From contig CAWCNS010000008.1 in NCBI GenBank assembly GCA_963796965.1, forward strand, positions 1 through 64,000: 64,000 nt of DNA, in the 5' to 3' direction. A program made the position numbers and the translations under genes. Positions 43,572 through 54,152 of this stretch are shown in pieces (position 1 is the stretch's first letter; every line of letters begins with the position of its first letter). The notes under the pieces were generated by a model. That model ran no database searches. It was not told the origin of the DNA and was given only the letters and a program-made list of their open reading frames with translations. Source of the DNA: Calditrichia bacterium (GTDB taxonomy: Bacteria > Calditrichota > Calditrichia > JAJRVZ01).

Positions 43572-45116
43572 TTAGTGGATAGTCTTTCTCTGCCTTCCCT
43601 CAAGCACAAACCTCATTTTAAAGGGTTGCCAAATAAAGATTGCCCGGACAGTGTCTTCATTAAATGATACATCTATGTCAAAATAAAAGGGCTCACCCAC
43701 CTCCTGAAAATCAATATAAAACCTGTTTTCTGCAATCCATTTACCCCTGAGAGCCAGAATATTGTTATCTGGTTTCATTCCCCATTTCATCCCTTTTGAG
43801 AGACGGTACAGGTTATCCATTCCCACCGCCATATCCAGATCATTCTGATCATAATGAATTGACAAACGGCATTCATCTTCTTCTTCAAACCAAAGTGTGA
43901 GGTTTGAAAAATTCAGATCATTTTTTTTAAGGATGTATTTTTTACCTGAAATCTTTTTTGCAATCTCCGGTAAGGGATCGTGGTCTTGAGGCTCCGGGTC
44001 CTTCAATTCCCTGATCATTTTTTTTAATTGTTTTTGGTTGGTTAAATCGTGCGGTAGAGGAAAGTCATCTCTGATTGATGGAAGAATATATTTATTTATA
44101 AGTGTTTGCCATTGATCATTATCAGCGCCGGTAAATACAACGACCATATTCCATTGGGGGTAAATGGAAATAATTTGTCCGCCAAATCCTCTGGCGTGAT
44201 AACTACCGTCTTTATTCAGCCACCACCCATAACCATAACCCGAATAACCGCTGTCACTAAAATTTTTAAATTTATTTTTTGTTGATTCCATTACCCAATC
44301 TTCAGGTATGATTTGTTTTTTCTGCCATTTCCCCTTTTTCAGAAAAAGATATCCGAACTTTGCCATGTCAAGAGGGGTCAGCCAGAGTTTATCTCCACCA
44401 AAATAATAGCCCTGCTCATCTTTTTGCCAGTATACATTTTTAATCTCCAATGGTTCAAAAAGATACTGCTCACCAAACGTCTTTAATCCGATACCACTTG
44501 CTTTTGTAAATACGCCGGACAAAACATGTGTATTTAAGGTACAATAATTAAATCGTTCACCTGCTTCTTCTATAAAGGGTTGAGTAAGCGTCGCAGCGAT
44601 TAAATCCTTTTGAGACATAATTTTTTCCATAACCGGTCCATTTTCATCCAATTCCAGACCACTGGCCATCATCAGAAGATGTATTAGATTTATGTCCCTT
44701 CGTGGAATAGTGGCATATTCAGGGAAAAAGTCATATACATTTCGATCAAGATTTTTAATCATATTCTCTCTTAATGCAATACCGACCAGAGAAGAAATGA
44801 TGCTTTTACTGACCGATTTCACATCGTGCGTGATACTTCTATCATAAGGATGACTATAACTTTCTAATATTAAATGCCCGTTGCGGATGATAAGGAGGCT
44901 GCGGATTCTTAATTCATTATCCTGTATATCCTTAAGCATGTCAACAAAGAGAGATGATTTAAATCCTTGTTCTTCGGGCGTGGAAGTTTCCCAGAATGTT
45001 TCTTTAGTGGGCTTTTGCTCATTGTCTGATGGATTTTGGGACGTACAATTAAAATTGAATATTATAATTATAAGCAAGACAATAAGCGCTTTAAAAAAAT
45101 TATTATATCTTTTCAT
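43572..45116 (-). CDS. Serine hydrolase (beta-lactamase class C / 6-aminohexanoate-dimer hydrolase-like)
   Basis: SVSK catalytic motif; YGYGWW; ARGFGGQ. Confidence 0.9.
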   Translation of the reverse strand: MKRYNNFFKALIVLLIIIIFNFNCTSQNPSDNEQKPTKETFWETSTPEEQGFKSSLFVDMLKDIQDNELRIRSLLIIRNGHLILESYSHPYDRSITHDVKSVSKSIISSLVGIALRENMIKNLDRNVYDFFPEYATIPRRDINLIHLLMMASGLELDENGPVMEKIMSQKDLIAATLTQPFIEEAGERFNYCTLNTHVLSGVFTKASGIGLKTFGEQYLFEPLEIKNVYWQKDEQGYYFGGDKLWLTPLDMAKFGYLFLKKGKWQKKQIIPEDWVMESTKNKFKNFSDSGYSGYGYGWWLNKDGSYHARGFGGQIISIYPQWNMVVVFTGADNDQWQTLINKYILPSIRDDFPLPHDLTNQKQLKKMIRELKDPEPQDHDPLPEIAKKISGKKYILKKNDLNFSNLTLWFEEEDECRLSIHYDQNDLDMAVGMDNLYRLSKGMKWGMKPDNNILALRGKWIAENRFYIDFQEVGEPFYFDIDVSFNEDTVRAIFIWQPFKMRFVLEGRQRKTIH

Positions 45117-45448
45117 AGTATTATCTTCAGGATTTCCAAATGACGAGGTGCAATCCCTTGATGCAAAGTATTACGTTAAGGCTGTTTCAGGAATCATGAA
45201 ATGCGTTTCTCAAAACTTCATCATCTCTATAATCTCGAACAATCCGACTGCTTTTCATACGAATTACTTATACCATTTAATATGACGTTTAGTTTGTACA
45301 AATTTCAAACACATTCATGCTTTCAAATTCGCTTTTTATTCAATTCAAAATATGATGTTATACCTGATTCTTAACATATTCTATTATTTTGTCTTTCTCG
45401 TGAATGGAGTAGGTAAACGCCCCATACCCATTTCTATTATTGGAATCC

Positions 45449-47399
45449 TCACTTACCATATAGCGGATAGGTATCAGTCGGCATAACCTGAACAATCCTG
45501 ATCGCCTGTCCGCCCTGTTCTGTCATAGATACCTTTATAATGGTTTCTGCATTTACTATAAACCGTTGGATCCTCACATGGGTTCGGGTTTTGACGGTTA
45601 GGTCATCGGAATAAATATGCGCCACATACGTCTTCTTCGGATGCAAAAATTCAAGGGGCACGTTGAAGGTCCTCGCTTTGCCACTATTCATACATCCGAT
45701 AAACCAATTTTCACCGGAACGACGTGCCATTACCGCGTATTCACCGATACTGCCATGAATAACCCTGGTATCGTCCCAGACAGTCGGTACATGATCAAAA
45801 AATTCCAGTTCCGGTTCGTTTCCAATAATACCCTCCTGGCCACCTGCTCCACCACGCGCCCGGGGCGAATCATCAGGCCGGTCATACCAGTAGAGAAATT
45901 GCCAGGGACTATAGATACACACAGCCTTGGCAAGTTGATAAGCATGAGAGGCATTCTTCTCTACCCGACTGTCATAATAACAGATGGTATTATCCCCGGC
46001 ACCGGCAAGCATGCGGGTAAAAAGTATTGTCAAGGTCTGGCTATTTGGTGGAGATGTTTCGTCACCCGCAATACCCTCCTGGGTCATGAAGTTTGGATAG
46101 GTACGGCTATAACCGGTTGGCCTGTACTCATCATGTACATCGACCATAAGCCCGTACTTTGCAGCTTTTCGTATGGCTTCATGGAGCCAGGACGTCCATT
46201 TCTGAGAACCGACATTGACAAAGCCATATTTCACTCCCTTGATACCCCACTGCTTATACAATGGCAGGATTTCATCAAGCTGACGCTCTAAGGCATGACG
46301 GTTTACATAAAGAAGGATACCAATATTTCGTTCATTCGCGTAACGGATCACCTCATCTAAATCCAGAGGGCCGGGCGATCGTTTTGGATCGACGGTCACT
46401 GTTCTGGCATCTGATACAGGGTCATTTTCAGGCCCATACCAGCCGGCATCAAACTCTACATACTGCAGATTACGTCTAACGGAAAAATCGACACAGGCTT
46501 TACCACCCTGTGTTGTTAGCGTGACCTCACGGATCACCTTTCCGGGCATGATCCATGCGGTGTTCCTGATTTGGCAGGGCGCATTCAGGTTCAGGATGAT
46601 ATCATTATTCTCCAGCAATCGCCCGGGGCTCTCAGCGATCATGATCACACGCCATGGTGTTGTAAGCGGGAGAGCTGCCTGAACGGTGCCGGTCAACGTG
46701 CTGATAAGAGTATGGGACTTCCTTTCTGACGGGGACAATTTCATCCTGGCATAGTCAACCAGTCTGGCCTCCGCAAGTGCAATATATATATTCTCATCAA
46801 CCCTTATGGTCAAAGGCCGTTCTATTCCTGCTCCCATTTCGCTGAGCGTTTTCTCTCGTACACGCCTTGAGCCGATGTAACACACCAGGCGGTATGATCA
46901 TCGAGAAACCTGAATTCCGTATTCTCTCTCAAAATATCGATACTATCCTGAACTGTGTTTTGGGGGATTTTGTAATAAAAAGCCACTCCCGAATCATAAC
47001 AGCGAAAAACGATTTCTAATTTATGGGATGGGGAGTTTATAGAAGACAATCTAACCGTCAGCTGGTTGTAATGATCTCTGATTGTCTGGCGTTCCCCATA
47101 AACGGGGATCCATGTGCTGTCCTGATTGCTTGTACTTGTCGAAAGTATCTCAAATTATCCCTCAATTAATATGATCCATCGGTTAAGTCGAATCCGAGCT
47201 GTGATTCGGCGAGGAGTGGTTGCCCCTTATAGGAGACCTTATATATCGGACAACTTTTCAAACCGGCAACATCTTTGAGGTCAAAGGAAAGCGAAATTTG
47301 TCCATCGGGTGATTTAATAGAACCCGCGACACAGGGATTCCCAAAACAAAAAACAAGATTTAAAAGTATCAAAATTGTTTTCATAAGCTTTCTTTCCAT
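45449..47399 (-). CDS. Glycoside hydrolase family 97 (frameshifted)
   Basis: SPDG start; TPWRV, WI.PGK, FDAGWY, GVKYGF, P.G..RTYPN..TQEG, PTVWDDT. Confidence 0.9.
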
Positions 47400-47413
47400 A
47401 GCGCCAAAATTAA

Positions 47414-49102
47414 TTATTTAACTGAAAGATTGTCTAAAACCTGCCCAAGGCTCTGTAATTTTTTCTGGTACCGAGCCTGATCAATATTTTGAACTGAAAC
47501 ATTTTCATCAATAGCCTGAACTGCTGCAATACCGGTAGATTCCCCGCAGATCATGAAGACGGGTTCCATCCGGGCCGAAGCATAACCCAGATGAGTTGCA
47601 GAGAAACATACCGGAACCAATAAATTGGAGCATTCGGGTTCTTTGGGTGTTAAGGCCCGGTAGGAAATCGCATAGGGTACATTTGTTGGTCCCTTTGCGC
47701 CACCAACAAACATCTTTCCCTCAAGAGCGACAAATATCGAATCATTTTTTTCTATCCAGATCCGGCGGGAGGGATAGGTATCGATACCGTATTGGGCGAG
47801 ACCGACGGGATCATTTACAGATGTCCGGTTATAGACATCATGTGCCGTGATGGTGTAGTTGCCAATTAATCGCCGGGAAACCCGGATATATAATTGATGA
47901 GGCCAGCCATCAGTTTCAGGATGAGGTCTTTTGTCAAGACCCAAACTTTTTATGTAGGATCTGAATTCCGCAGGTATTCTGGGGTCCGTGCTTAAAAAAT
48001 GATGAAGTCCGCGTAGGTAAACCCTATGTTCCTTCCAGATACGCGCCTTAGTCCCATAATCGCCATTGGCATAGCGATGGCTAATTCCAACTGGTGCCAT
48101 TGTGAAAAGCGAGCTGCGATGATAATTGTATTCACCGGCATTCAACCAGCCGGGAAATATCCAACTCAATTGTTTCATCAATGCCGATGAATCGGGTATG
48201 GTTTTTACGAGATAGGCAACGTAACGACCAACTATCTCAAAATCATTTGCATCGTAGTTTTGTGGCGGATCTATCGGTACCCGATATCTTAGATCTGTTG
48301 TCACATAAAATCGAAAGTTATAAGCCTGGGTATAGTGATCACCACTTCCTTCCCTCTTATTGTGGTCCGCCTCAACCCACTTCAATGCTGGGCTGGTCGA
48401 ATTTCCGGATTCTGTAAAGGGATCGATAGGGGTCAGGTTCGTCGGGGGGCGCACACCTGCCATCTCCTCCCCATATTCGAAACTGGATTCACGTCCCACC
48501 CGGAAAGATACCCCGGCGCGGGCCATTAAATCACCATCATATCCGGCATCGATAAAAACCCTGGCTTTTACCCGTAAATGATATTGCTGTTTAGCCTGTA
48601 CTGGTGGAAGGCCATCATCAGAAAAAGGCGCCAAATCAAAGACAGCTTCATAAATTTTTGATCCATTTTTCCGACAATTACTAATCCGGTGATCATAAAT
48701 CACCTGGATTCCCTGCTCTTCAATCAGGGATAGAAAGTCAGCACGAATATTTTTAGGGTTTATCTGCCTGTTATCCGTCTTTCCTTCCCGTACACCGAGC
48801 GTTTCGAGCAAAGAGCGGCTTATTCCACCAACTGCTTCGATATTTGGACAGTCTTGTCTGGGTTTGATCCCTGATCCTAGAATTCCCCCAACCCATCGCC
48901 CTGGCTCTATAATCACCACAGACTTCCCTTCCCTTTTTATTGCCAGAGCGGCAACTATTCCGGAAGCTGTGGCCCCGTAGACACATACATCGGCCTCGAT
49001 TGACTTAGTTGTCGTTTCAATTTCGGTCATTTGGTTTTTACTAAAGCAGGGTAAAACAAATGCCAGAGAAAAAAGCCATAAGATCAGATTCATTGACAAC
49101 AC
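47414..49102 (-). CDS. FAD-dependent oxidoreductase (PF12831-like)
   Basis: VYGATASG, FIDAGYDGDLMA.AGV, QAYNFR, RMEPVFM. Confidence 0.88.
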   Translation of the reverse strand: MLSMNLILWLFSLAFVLPCFSKNQMTEIETTTKSIEADVCVYGATASGIVAALAIKREGKSVVIIEPGRWVGGILGSGIKPRQDCPNIEAVGGISRSLLETLGVREGKTDNRQINPKNIRADFLSLIEEQGIQVIYDHRISNCRKNGSKIYEAVFDLAPFSDDGLPPVQAKQQYHLRVKARVFIDAGYDGDLMARAGVSFRVGRESSFEYGEEMAGVRPPTNLTPIDPFTESGNSTSPALKWVEADHNKREGSGDHYTQAYNFRFYVTTDLRYRVPIDPPQNYDANDFEIVGRYVAYLVKTIPDSSALMKQLSWIFPGWLNAGEYNYHRSSLFTMAPVGISHRYANGDYGTKARIWKEHRVYLRGLHHFLSTDPRIPAEFRSYIKSLGLDKRPHPETDGWPHQLYIRVSRRLIGNYTITAHDVYNRTSVNDPVGLAQYGIDTYPSRRIWIEKNDSIFVALEGKMFVGGAKGPTNVPYAISYRALTPKEPECSNLLVPVCFSATHLGYASARMEPVFMICGESTGIAAVQAIDENVSVQNIDQARYQKKLQSLGQVLDNLSVK

Positions 49103-49120
49103 CCTTTTGAAATTGTGACT

Positions 49121-50209
49121 CTATCTATTAATGGCTGAAAGTCGAAAAATTTCCACAATCATGTCTTTTGCTTTTTCCATATCTTCCACATAGATATGTT
49201 CATCCGTTGAATGTTCCATTTTCGCCCCAATGCCAACCCCTGCCATTTCAATCCCCATATTATTGTAAATAGAAGCATCAGTAAAACCTGTCATAAATGC
49301 GGTTTTTGCGTCAATACCCACATGATTCAGAGCCTTCTTGGAAATTTCCACGACCTCCGCGGTGGGACTAATTTGTACGGCCTTACATTTATTATCAATG
49401 AGGATCTCTACCTCTGATCCATTTTTTGTCACTTCTTCACGGATAGTTGCTTCCATATCTTTACTTAACTTTTCAGCCTTCTCATGATCCAGACTGCGGC
49501 ATTCGGCAAGGAAAGTAACCTTATCGGGAACCCCATTTCGTATGATACCGCCTTCGATCACGCCCACATTCGCCGTTGTTTCTTCATCGAGGCGCCCCAA
49601 TGGCAATTTTGCTATGGCAAATGCGGCCGCCTGGATGGCATTGATCCCCTTTTCCGGTTCCATTCCGGCATGCGCCCCACGCCCCCTAATACTAACATCA
49701 ATGGCAAAATACGAGGGTCCGCCAATAATGATGGTTTCGAGTTCATCATTATCTAGTAAATATCCTTTTTTTGCCTTAAACAGGCTAAAATCCATTTCTT
49801 TTACACCCAATAACCCGACTTCTTCCTGTCTACTAATGGCTACTTCAACAGGGGGGCGAACCTCTGCAATCCTCAAAGCCTCCAGCAATTCTGCTATTCC
49901 CGCTTTATCATCTGCACCTAAAATTGTATTCCCTTTGACCGAATGACACCATCCTTCAGAACCGGTTCAATTCCTTTACCTGGTTGCACCGTATCGCCAT
50001 GACAGGACATTAAGACTGGTTCTTTTCCCTGGCAGCCCATTTCCGGAAATTTGGCTATAAGATTTCCATAAGGATCGATGATTACCTGTCCTCCTAACTT
50101 TTCGAATTCAGGTTTAAGATAATTCATAAAAGCCTGTTTCATTGCCCGATTCACTTTCAATTTGAACCATTTCCATAAATTGATGTATCATTCTGTCATT
50201 CATGTTCAT
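49121..50209 (-). CDS. M20-family peptidase T-like tripeptidase (frameshifted)
   Basis: HGDTV, GADDKAG, QEEVG, AHAG..PEKG, HSTDE. Confidence 0.9.
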
Positions 50210-50316
50210 TCGAAACCCTTTTTGTAAATATTTATTTATGTTGTATTGACCTGAAGTTTACAAAATAATAACCATTATTAATTTCAGAGAGCCGATAATC
50301 AAAGTCCCCCTTAAGA

Positions 50317-50506
50317 GGGGCTGTTGCAGATTAGATACTTTTGATAGAAAAAAGTGTTTATCTGTTCGAATAAGCAAAAAACATCCCCCCTTAAGAAAGG
50401 GGGTTAGTCCCGTAGAACGGGATTAGTCCCCCTTTTCCAAGGGGAAATCCCGTCATACGGGACCACACCAAGAATTGTGCAAATTAACCGATACTGCAAC
50501 AGCCCC
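50317..50506. mobile_element. MITE-like element with 13-bp terminal inverted repeats
   Basis: GGGGCTGTTGCAG 50317-50329 / CTGCAACAGCCCC 50494-50506; no ORF; related copies at 30368 and 63058-63100. Confidence 0.7.
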
Positions 50507-50640
50507 CTCTGGGGAGGAGATAAATTCTTTTCAATACGATACCCATATTTGTTACCAAAATGCAGTAAACACCAGGTCAAGACAATATAATTTATCAACT
50601 GGATAATATTTAAGTTCCAAATCAAAACTTCAATCTTCCC

Positions 50641-51945
50641 CTATTTAACCGCTTTGACCTCTACGGGATCCCCAGTACTAATCAAACGAATCATAAACAT
50701 CTGGCGGGTCTTATTATTAGCAATGCCGGGTACAAGTATCGCATCGTTGGTCCGGTTCCAGCGCGGAGCAGGATCGATGCGAATATCACCGCCATAAGTT
50801 CCCTTGTCCAGGCCCTCACTCATCGCAAAGGCGCCATCCCCCAGCCGAAATACCGTATAATAGTTCTTGTTGCCTTTCTTGTACCCGTTAACAAACATCT
50901 CCCCACTGGGTGAAAGCGAAATATCACCCTCCGGATTGGGAAACATCTGGGACGTCCCCAACTGCCCAACCACTTTTTTCGTATCCACATCATAGAGAAT
51001 CTGGTTTTTGCCCTCCCGGCCAATCAGCAGATTACCCTCACCCCATTCGGGATGTCCACCAATATGCTTATCGTGCAGGATCAATCCGGTGCCGTCAGCG
51101 TGAATCGAGCACGGTGTATTGATGCGTTCGCCCCCCTGGCCGGCCCACCCGGCCCGTACAAAAAAGTAAATGCGATTGCTCTCCCGATTCCAAAGCGTAT
51201 GGTTGATAAACAGGCCAGTGTGTTCGAGATCCGGATTGTGCTTCTTCAATTGCTCTTCCAACTGACGGTAAGAAACCAGTAGTCGTTTCTTGCCTGTTTT
51301 GATGTCCACGATAAAAATCCCATCCTTATCAGGTGCCCGCTGGTCTTTTGACCAATCGAGTGTACCGGGATAACCGGTCACCGGACGGAGTCGCGCCAGA
51401 CGACCGTAATTCAAGGCGAGAAATGCTTTACCGTTCGCGGCGACCCCGCCATTTCCGATGGGCGTATCATCGAAGCGGTATTCATGGACGCGTTTCTTCT
51501 TTTCAAGATCGTAAAGAACTGTAAAGACGTTGCCTGTTTTAAGATCCCGGTCATTAAAGAAAAACATCGATTCGGCTGCCAACGGATGCCAATAGAACAT
51601 CGTTCCTTGTTGTGGATTCCAGGCATATGTTTTGTCTATCCGCAGAATCTTGTTATCCTGGTCCGTATCAACGAGGATAACCGTGGCCGCTTCTTCTGGC
51701 ATGGGCATGCGATCGATTGTGTCGATTTCCAGGCCGAGAATATACCGACCACTCGCGTTCCAGGGGATCGTCTGGCATTGACCGATATACCCAAAAAAAT
51801 GATGCTTTGTGCCGGAAGTGACCTGCTCGACCTTCAGATCAAACAAAGATACTTGTTCACTTTTGTTGGATGAACACATGAGAGAAAGTACAAAAAACGG
51901 AGCAATGCAGGAATAGTGCAATAGACCTGGTTTTAAATGCAACAT
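50641..51945 (-). CDS. Hypothetical lipoprotein, TolB/oligogalacturonate-lyase-like propeller
   Basis: HHFFGY, WNPQQG, RIDPAPRW. Confidence 0.6.
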   Translation of the reverse strand: MLHLKPGLLHYSCIAPFFVLSLMCSSNKSEQVSLFDLKVEQVTSGTKHHFFGYIGQCQTIPWNASGRYILGLEIDTIDRMPMPEEAATVILVDTDQDNKILRIDKTYAWNPQQGTMFYWHPLAAESMFFFNDRDLKTGNVFTVLYDLEKKKRVHEYRFDDTPIGNGGVAANGKAFLALNYGRLARLRPVTGYPGTLDWSKDQRAPDKDGIFIVDIKTGKKRLLVSYRQLEEQLKKHNPDLEHTGLFINHTLWNRESNRIYFFVRAGWAGQGGERINTPCSIHADGTGLILHDKHIGGHPEWGEGNLLIGREGKNQILYDVDTKKVVGQLGTSQMFPNPEGDISLSPSGEMFVNGYKKGNKNYYTVFRLGDGAFAMSEGLDKGTYGGDIRIDPAPRWNRTNDAILVPGIANNKTRQMFMIRLISTGDPVEVKAVK

Positions 51946-51962
51946 TCGTTTCCTCTCTGATA

Positions 51963-53087
51963 TTATTTGCTTGTTAAAATAAAATCCATCGGTAAGTCAT
52001 TAAAAACGCGCGCAAAGGTGGCAATATTTTTATCATCCCCTTGAAAACTATCAATAGGTGCCGAAAGATAAAAATTTATTGGTGGTAAAAGAGAATTTTT
52101 ATTGGGTTTGGTAAATCCATAGAGACCAACATCTGCTTTAAGCGCATCAACAACCACTTTTTTTGCATCTTTATTATTCCAACTGGCCAGACAGGTAATT
52201 AATTGGGTATCTTTCCCAACCATATTTTTAATCGAATCTATTTTGGCCAAATCGCCTTCCTCGTTCATCAGCCAATCAACTTCCCGAAACATTTTTGAAT
52301 TAACTATATGAGGGTGGGTTATATCAAAAGAAGTTAACCAGATTAATGTTTTAGGATCTGTCTCTTTGGCTGCCTTATAAATAACATTCCAACATTCTTC
52401 AATCGCACGTCTGCTGTAAATAGTATACGCTTCCTCAGAAAGCGCTTTTTCTCCTGGAAAGGGTTTGCCCATTAATTCCTGATACCGTTCCTTTTCACTG
52501 TCTAACCACACGCCACCATGACTACCCCTGTTCGGTTGATAAAACCAATCAACCATAAATCCATCAATGCCTGTTTTTTTAACAGCATCGCGGATGATGG
52601 CATCAAGATATTCCAGATACTTCCTCGTGTAGGGGATATGTCGATCGGCCGGATATCCATAACTATATTCAGGATTTTCCATACCCCAGCGTGTGTTGGA
52701 GCCGATGCATAAATATCCCATCACTTTCATGCCTTCCTTATGTCCTAATTTTACCATTTCCGGCAAAAAGTCATATTTTAAACCTGGTTGTGGCGGTACC
52801 ACGCTATTTTTATACCAGGCATATCCATTACAAGAAACAATAAATGTCTGAATGACATTTACCCCCAGGTCTTTATACCACTTTATATGTTCCTGCGGAT
52901 TAGCATCTGCCCATAATCCAGGTGCTGAGAATGCATTGGGACCGCCCTCTCCCCAATTGAAATCCAGGTTATAGGATTTAAAAATTTTGTCCTTGTCAGA
53001 TATTTTTTCCGTGATATCACAACTGAGAGGAAGAATAAATAAGGCAATTAATGGAACCATTAATACACGTTTTCTCAATTTTCTCAT
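51963..53087 (-). CDS. Putative glycoside hydrolase-like TIM-barrel lipoprotein
   Basis: LSC lipobox; GHKEGMKVMGY; IDGFMVDW. Confidence 0.55.
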   Translation of the reverse strand: MRKLRKRVLMVPLIALFILPLSCDITEKISDKDKIFKSYNLDFNWGEGGPNAFSAPGLWADANPQEHIKWYKDLGVNVIQTFIVSCNGYAWYKNSVVPPQPGLKYDFLPEMVKLGHKEGMKVMGYLCIGSNTRWGMENPEYSYGYPADRHIPYTRKYLEYLDAIIRDAVKKTGIDGFMVDWFYQPNRGSHGGVWLDSEKERYQELMGKPFPGEKALSEEAYTIYSRRAIEECWNVIYKAAKETDPKTLIWLTSFDITHPHIVNSKMFREVDWLMNEEGDLAKIDSIKNMVGKDTQLITCLASWNNKDAKKVVVDALKADVGLYGFTKPNKNSLLPPINFYLSAPIDSFQGDDKNIATFARVFNDLPMDFILTSK

Positions 53088-53089
53088 GC

Positions 53090-54061
53090 TTAATCGTTTC
53101 CTTCCAAATTAATTATTACTTTTCCTTTAGCCCTTCCTTCTCCAAGATAACGGAGCGCATCGCCAACCTCCCTTAAGGGATAATGCTTGTCTATAACAGG
53201 TACCAGTTTACCTTCTTCAATAAGCGTGATGATAAAATCCAAATCTTTATTTGATTTCAGAGGGAGGATAGCCATTTTTTTATCGGTGATCATTGAAATC
53301 CATGGTCCCAGGAATAGAAGCTGGAAAAGCATAGCCATGGAACCTCCGACCATGAGATAAATTCCTTTGGGACTTAAGGAACGCTTGTAATCGAAAATCG
53401 AATGATAGGCGGCAAGATCCAGGATCAGATCATAACATTGCCCGTTTTGGGTAAAATCTTCCTTGGTGTAGTCAATGACATGGTCTGCACCTAATGAGCG
53501 CATCATGTCTAATTTACCCGTGTTATCCACTCCTGTCACTTCCACGCCGAAAAATTTGGCCATCTGTATCGCAAATGACCCCGCACTCCCACCCGCACCA
53601 TTAATCAGGACCTTGTGTCCCGGTTGAATCTTTCCTCTATCGCGAAGACCCTGCAGGGCAATGCAGGCCGCCTGAGGTAGGGCCGCTGCTTGCTCGAAAG
53701 TCAAACTATCTGGTTTGCGCGTTAGTAACTTTTCACTCGCACAAACATACCCGGCAAAACCGCCCATACTTTCAATAATATCACCAAAAACCTTATCACC
53801 GGGCTGAAACTTTTTTACCTTTTGGCCAACCGCTACAATCTCCCCCGCAATGTCCGATCCGAGTATCCTATATTTTGGTTTTATCAGACCCCTTATGCGG
53901 GCATAAAGCGGCTTACCTCTTAATAGCTCCCAGTCAGACGCATTTAGGGACACTGCATAAATTTTAATTAACACCTCATTATCTCCAGGTATCGGTTTTT
54001 CTACCTCTTTGATCTGAAGAACCTCCGGTGGTCCGTATTTTGAATATACCATCGCTTGCAT
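53090..54061 (-). CDS. NAD(P)-dependent MDR alcohol dehydrogenase/quinone reductase
   Basis: YGPPEVL, LGSDIAG, VLINGAGG, GADHVIDY. Confidence 0.92.
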   Translation of the reverse strand: MQAMVYSKYGPPEVLQIKEVEKPIPGDNEVLIKIYAVSLNASDWELLRGKPLYARIRGLIKPKYRILGSDIAGEIVAVGQKVKKFQPGDKVFGDIIESMGGFAGYVCASEKLLTRKPDSLTFEQAAALPQAACIALQGLRDRGKIQPGHKVLINGAGGSAGSFAIQMAKFFGVEVTGVDNTGKLDMMRSLGADHVIDYTKEDFTQNGQCYDLILDLAAYHSIFDYKRSLSPKGIYLMVGGSMAMLFQLLFLGPWISMITDKKMAILPLKSNKDLDFIITLIEEGKLVPVIDKHYPLREVGDALRYLGEGRAKGKVIINLEGND

Positions 54062-54152
54062 ATGTTTATCTCCAGGGAAAGTTTGATTCGGTCATTTGTG
54101 ATATAGTTAAAAACAATCGGGCCTTAAAGAATGTACTTACCTTTTTTTTCTT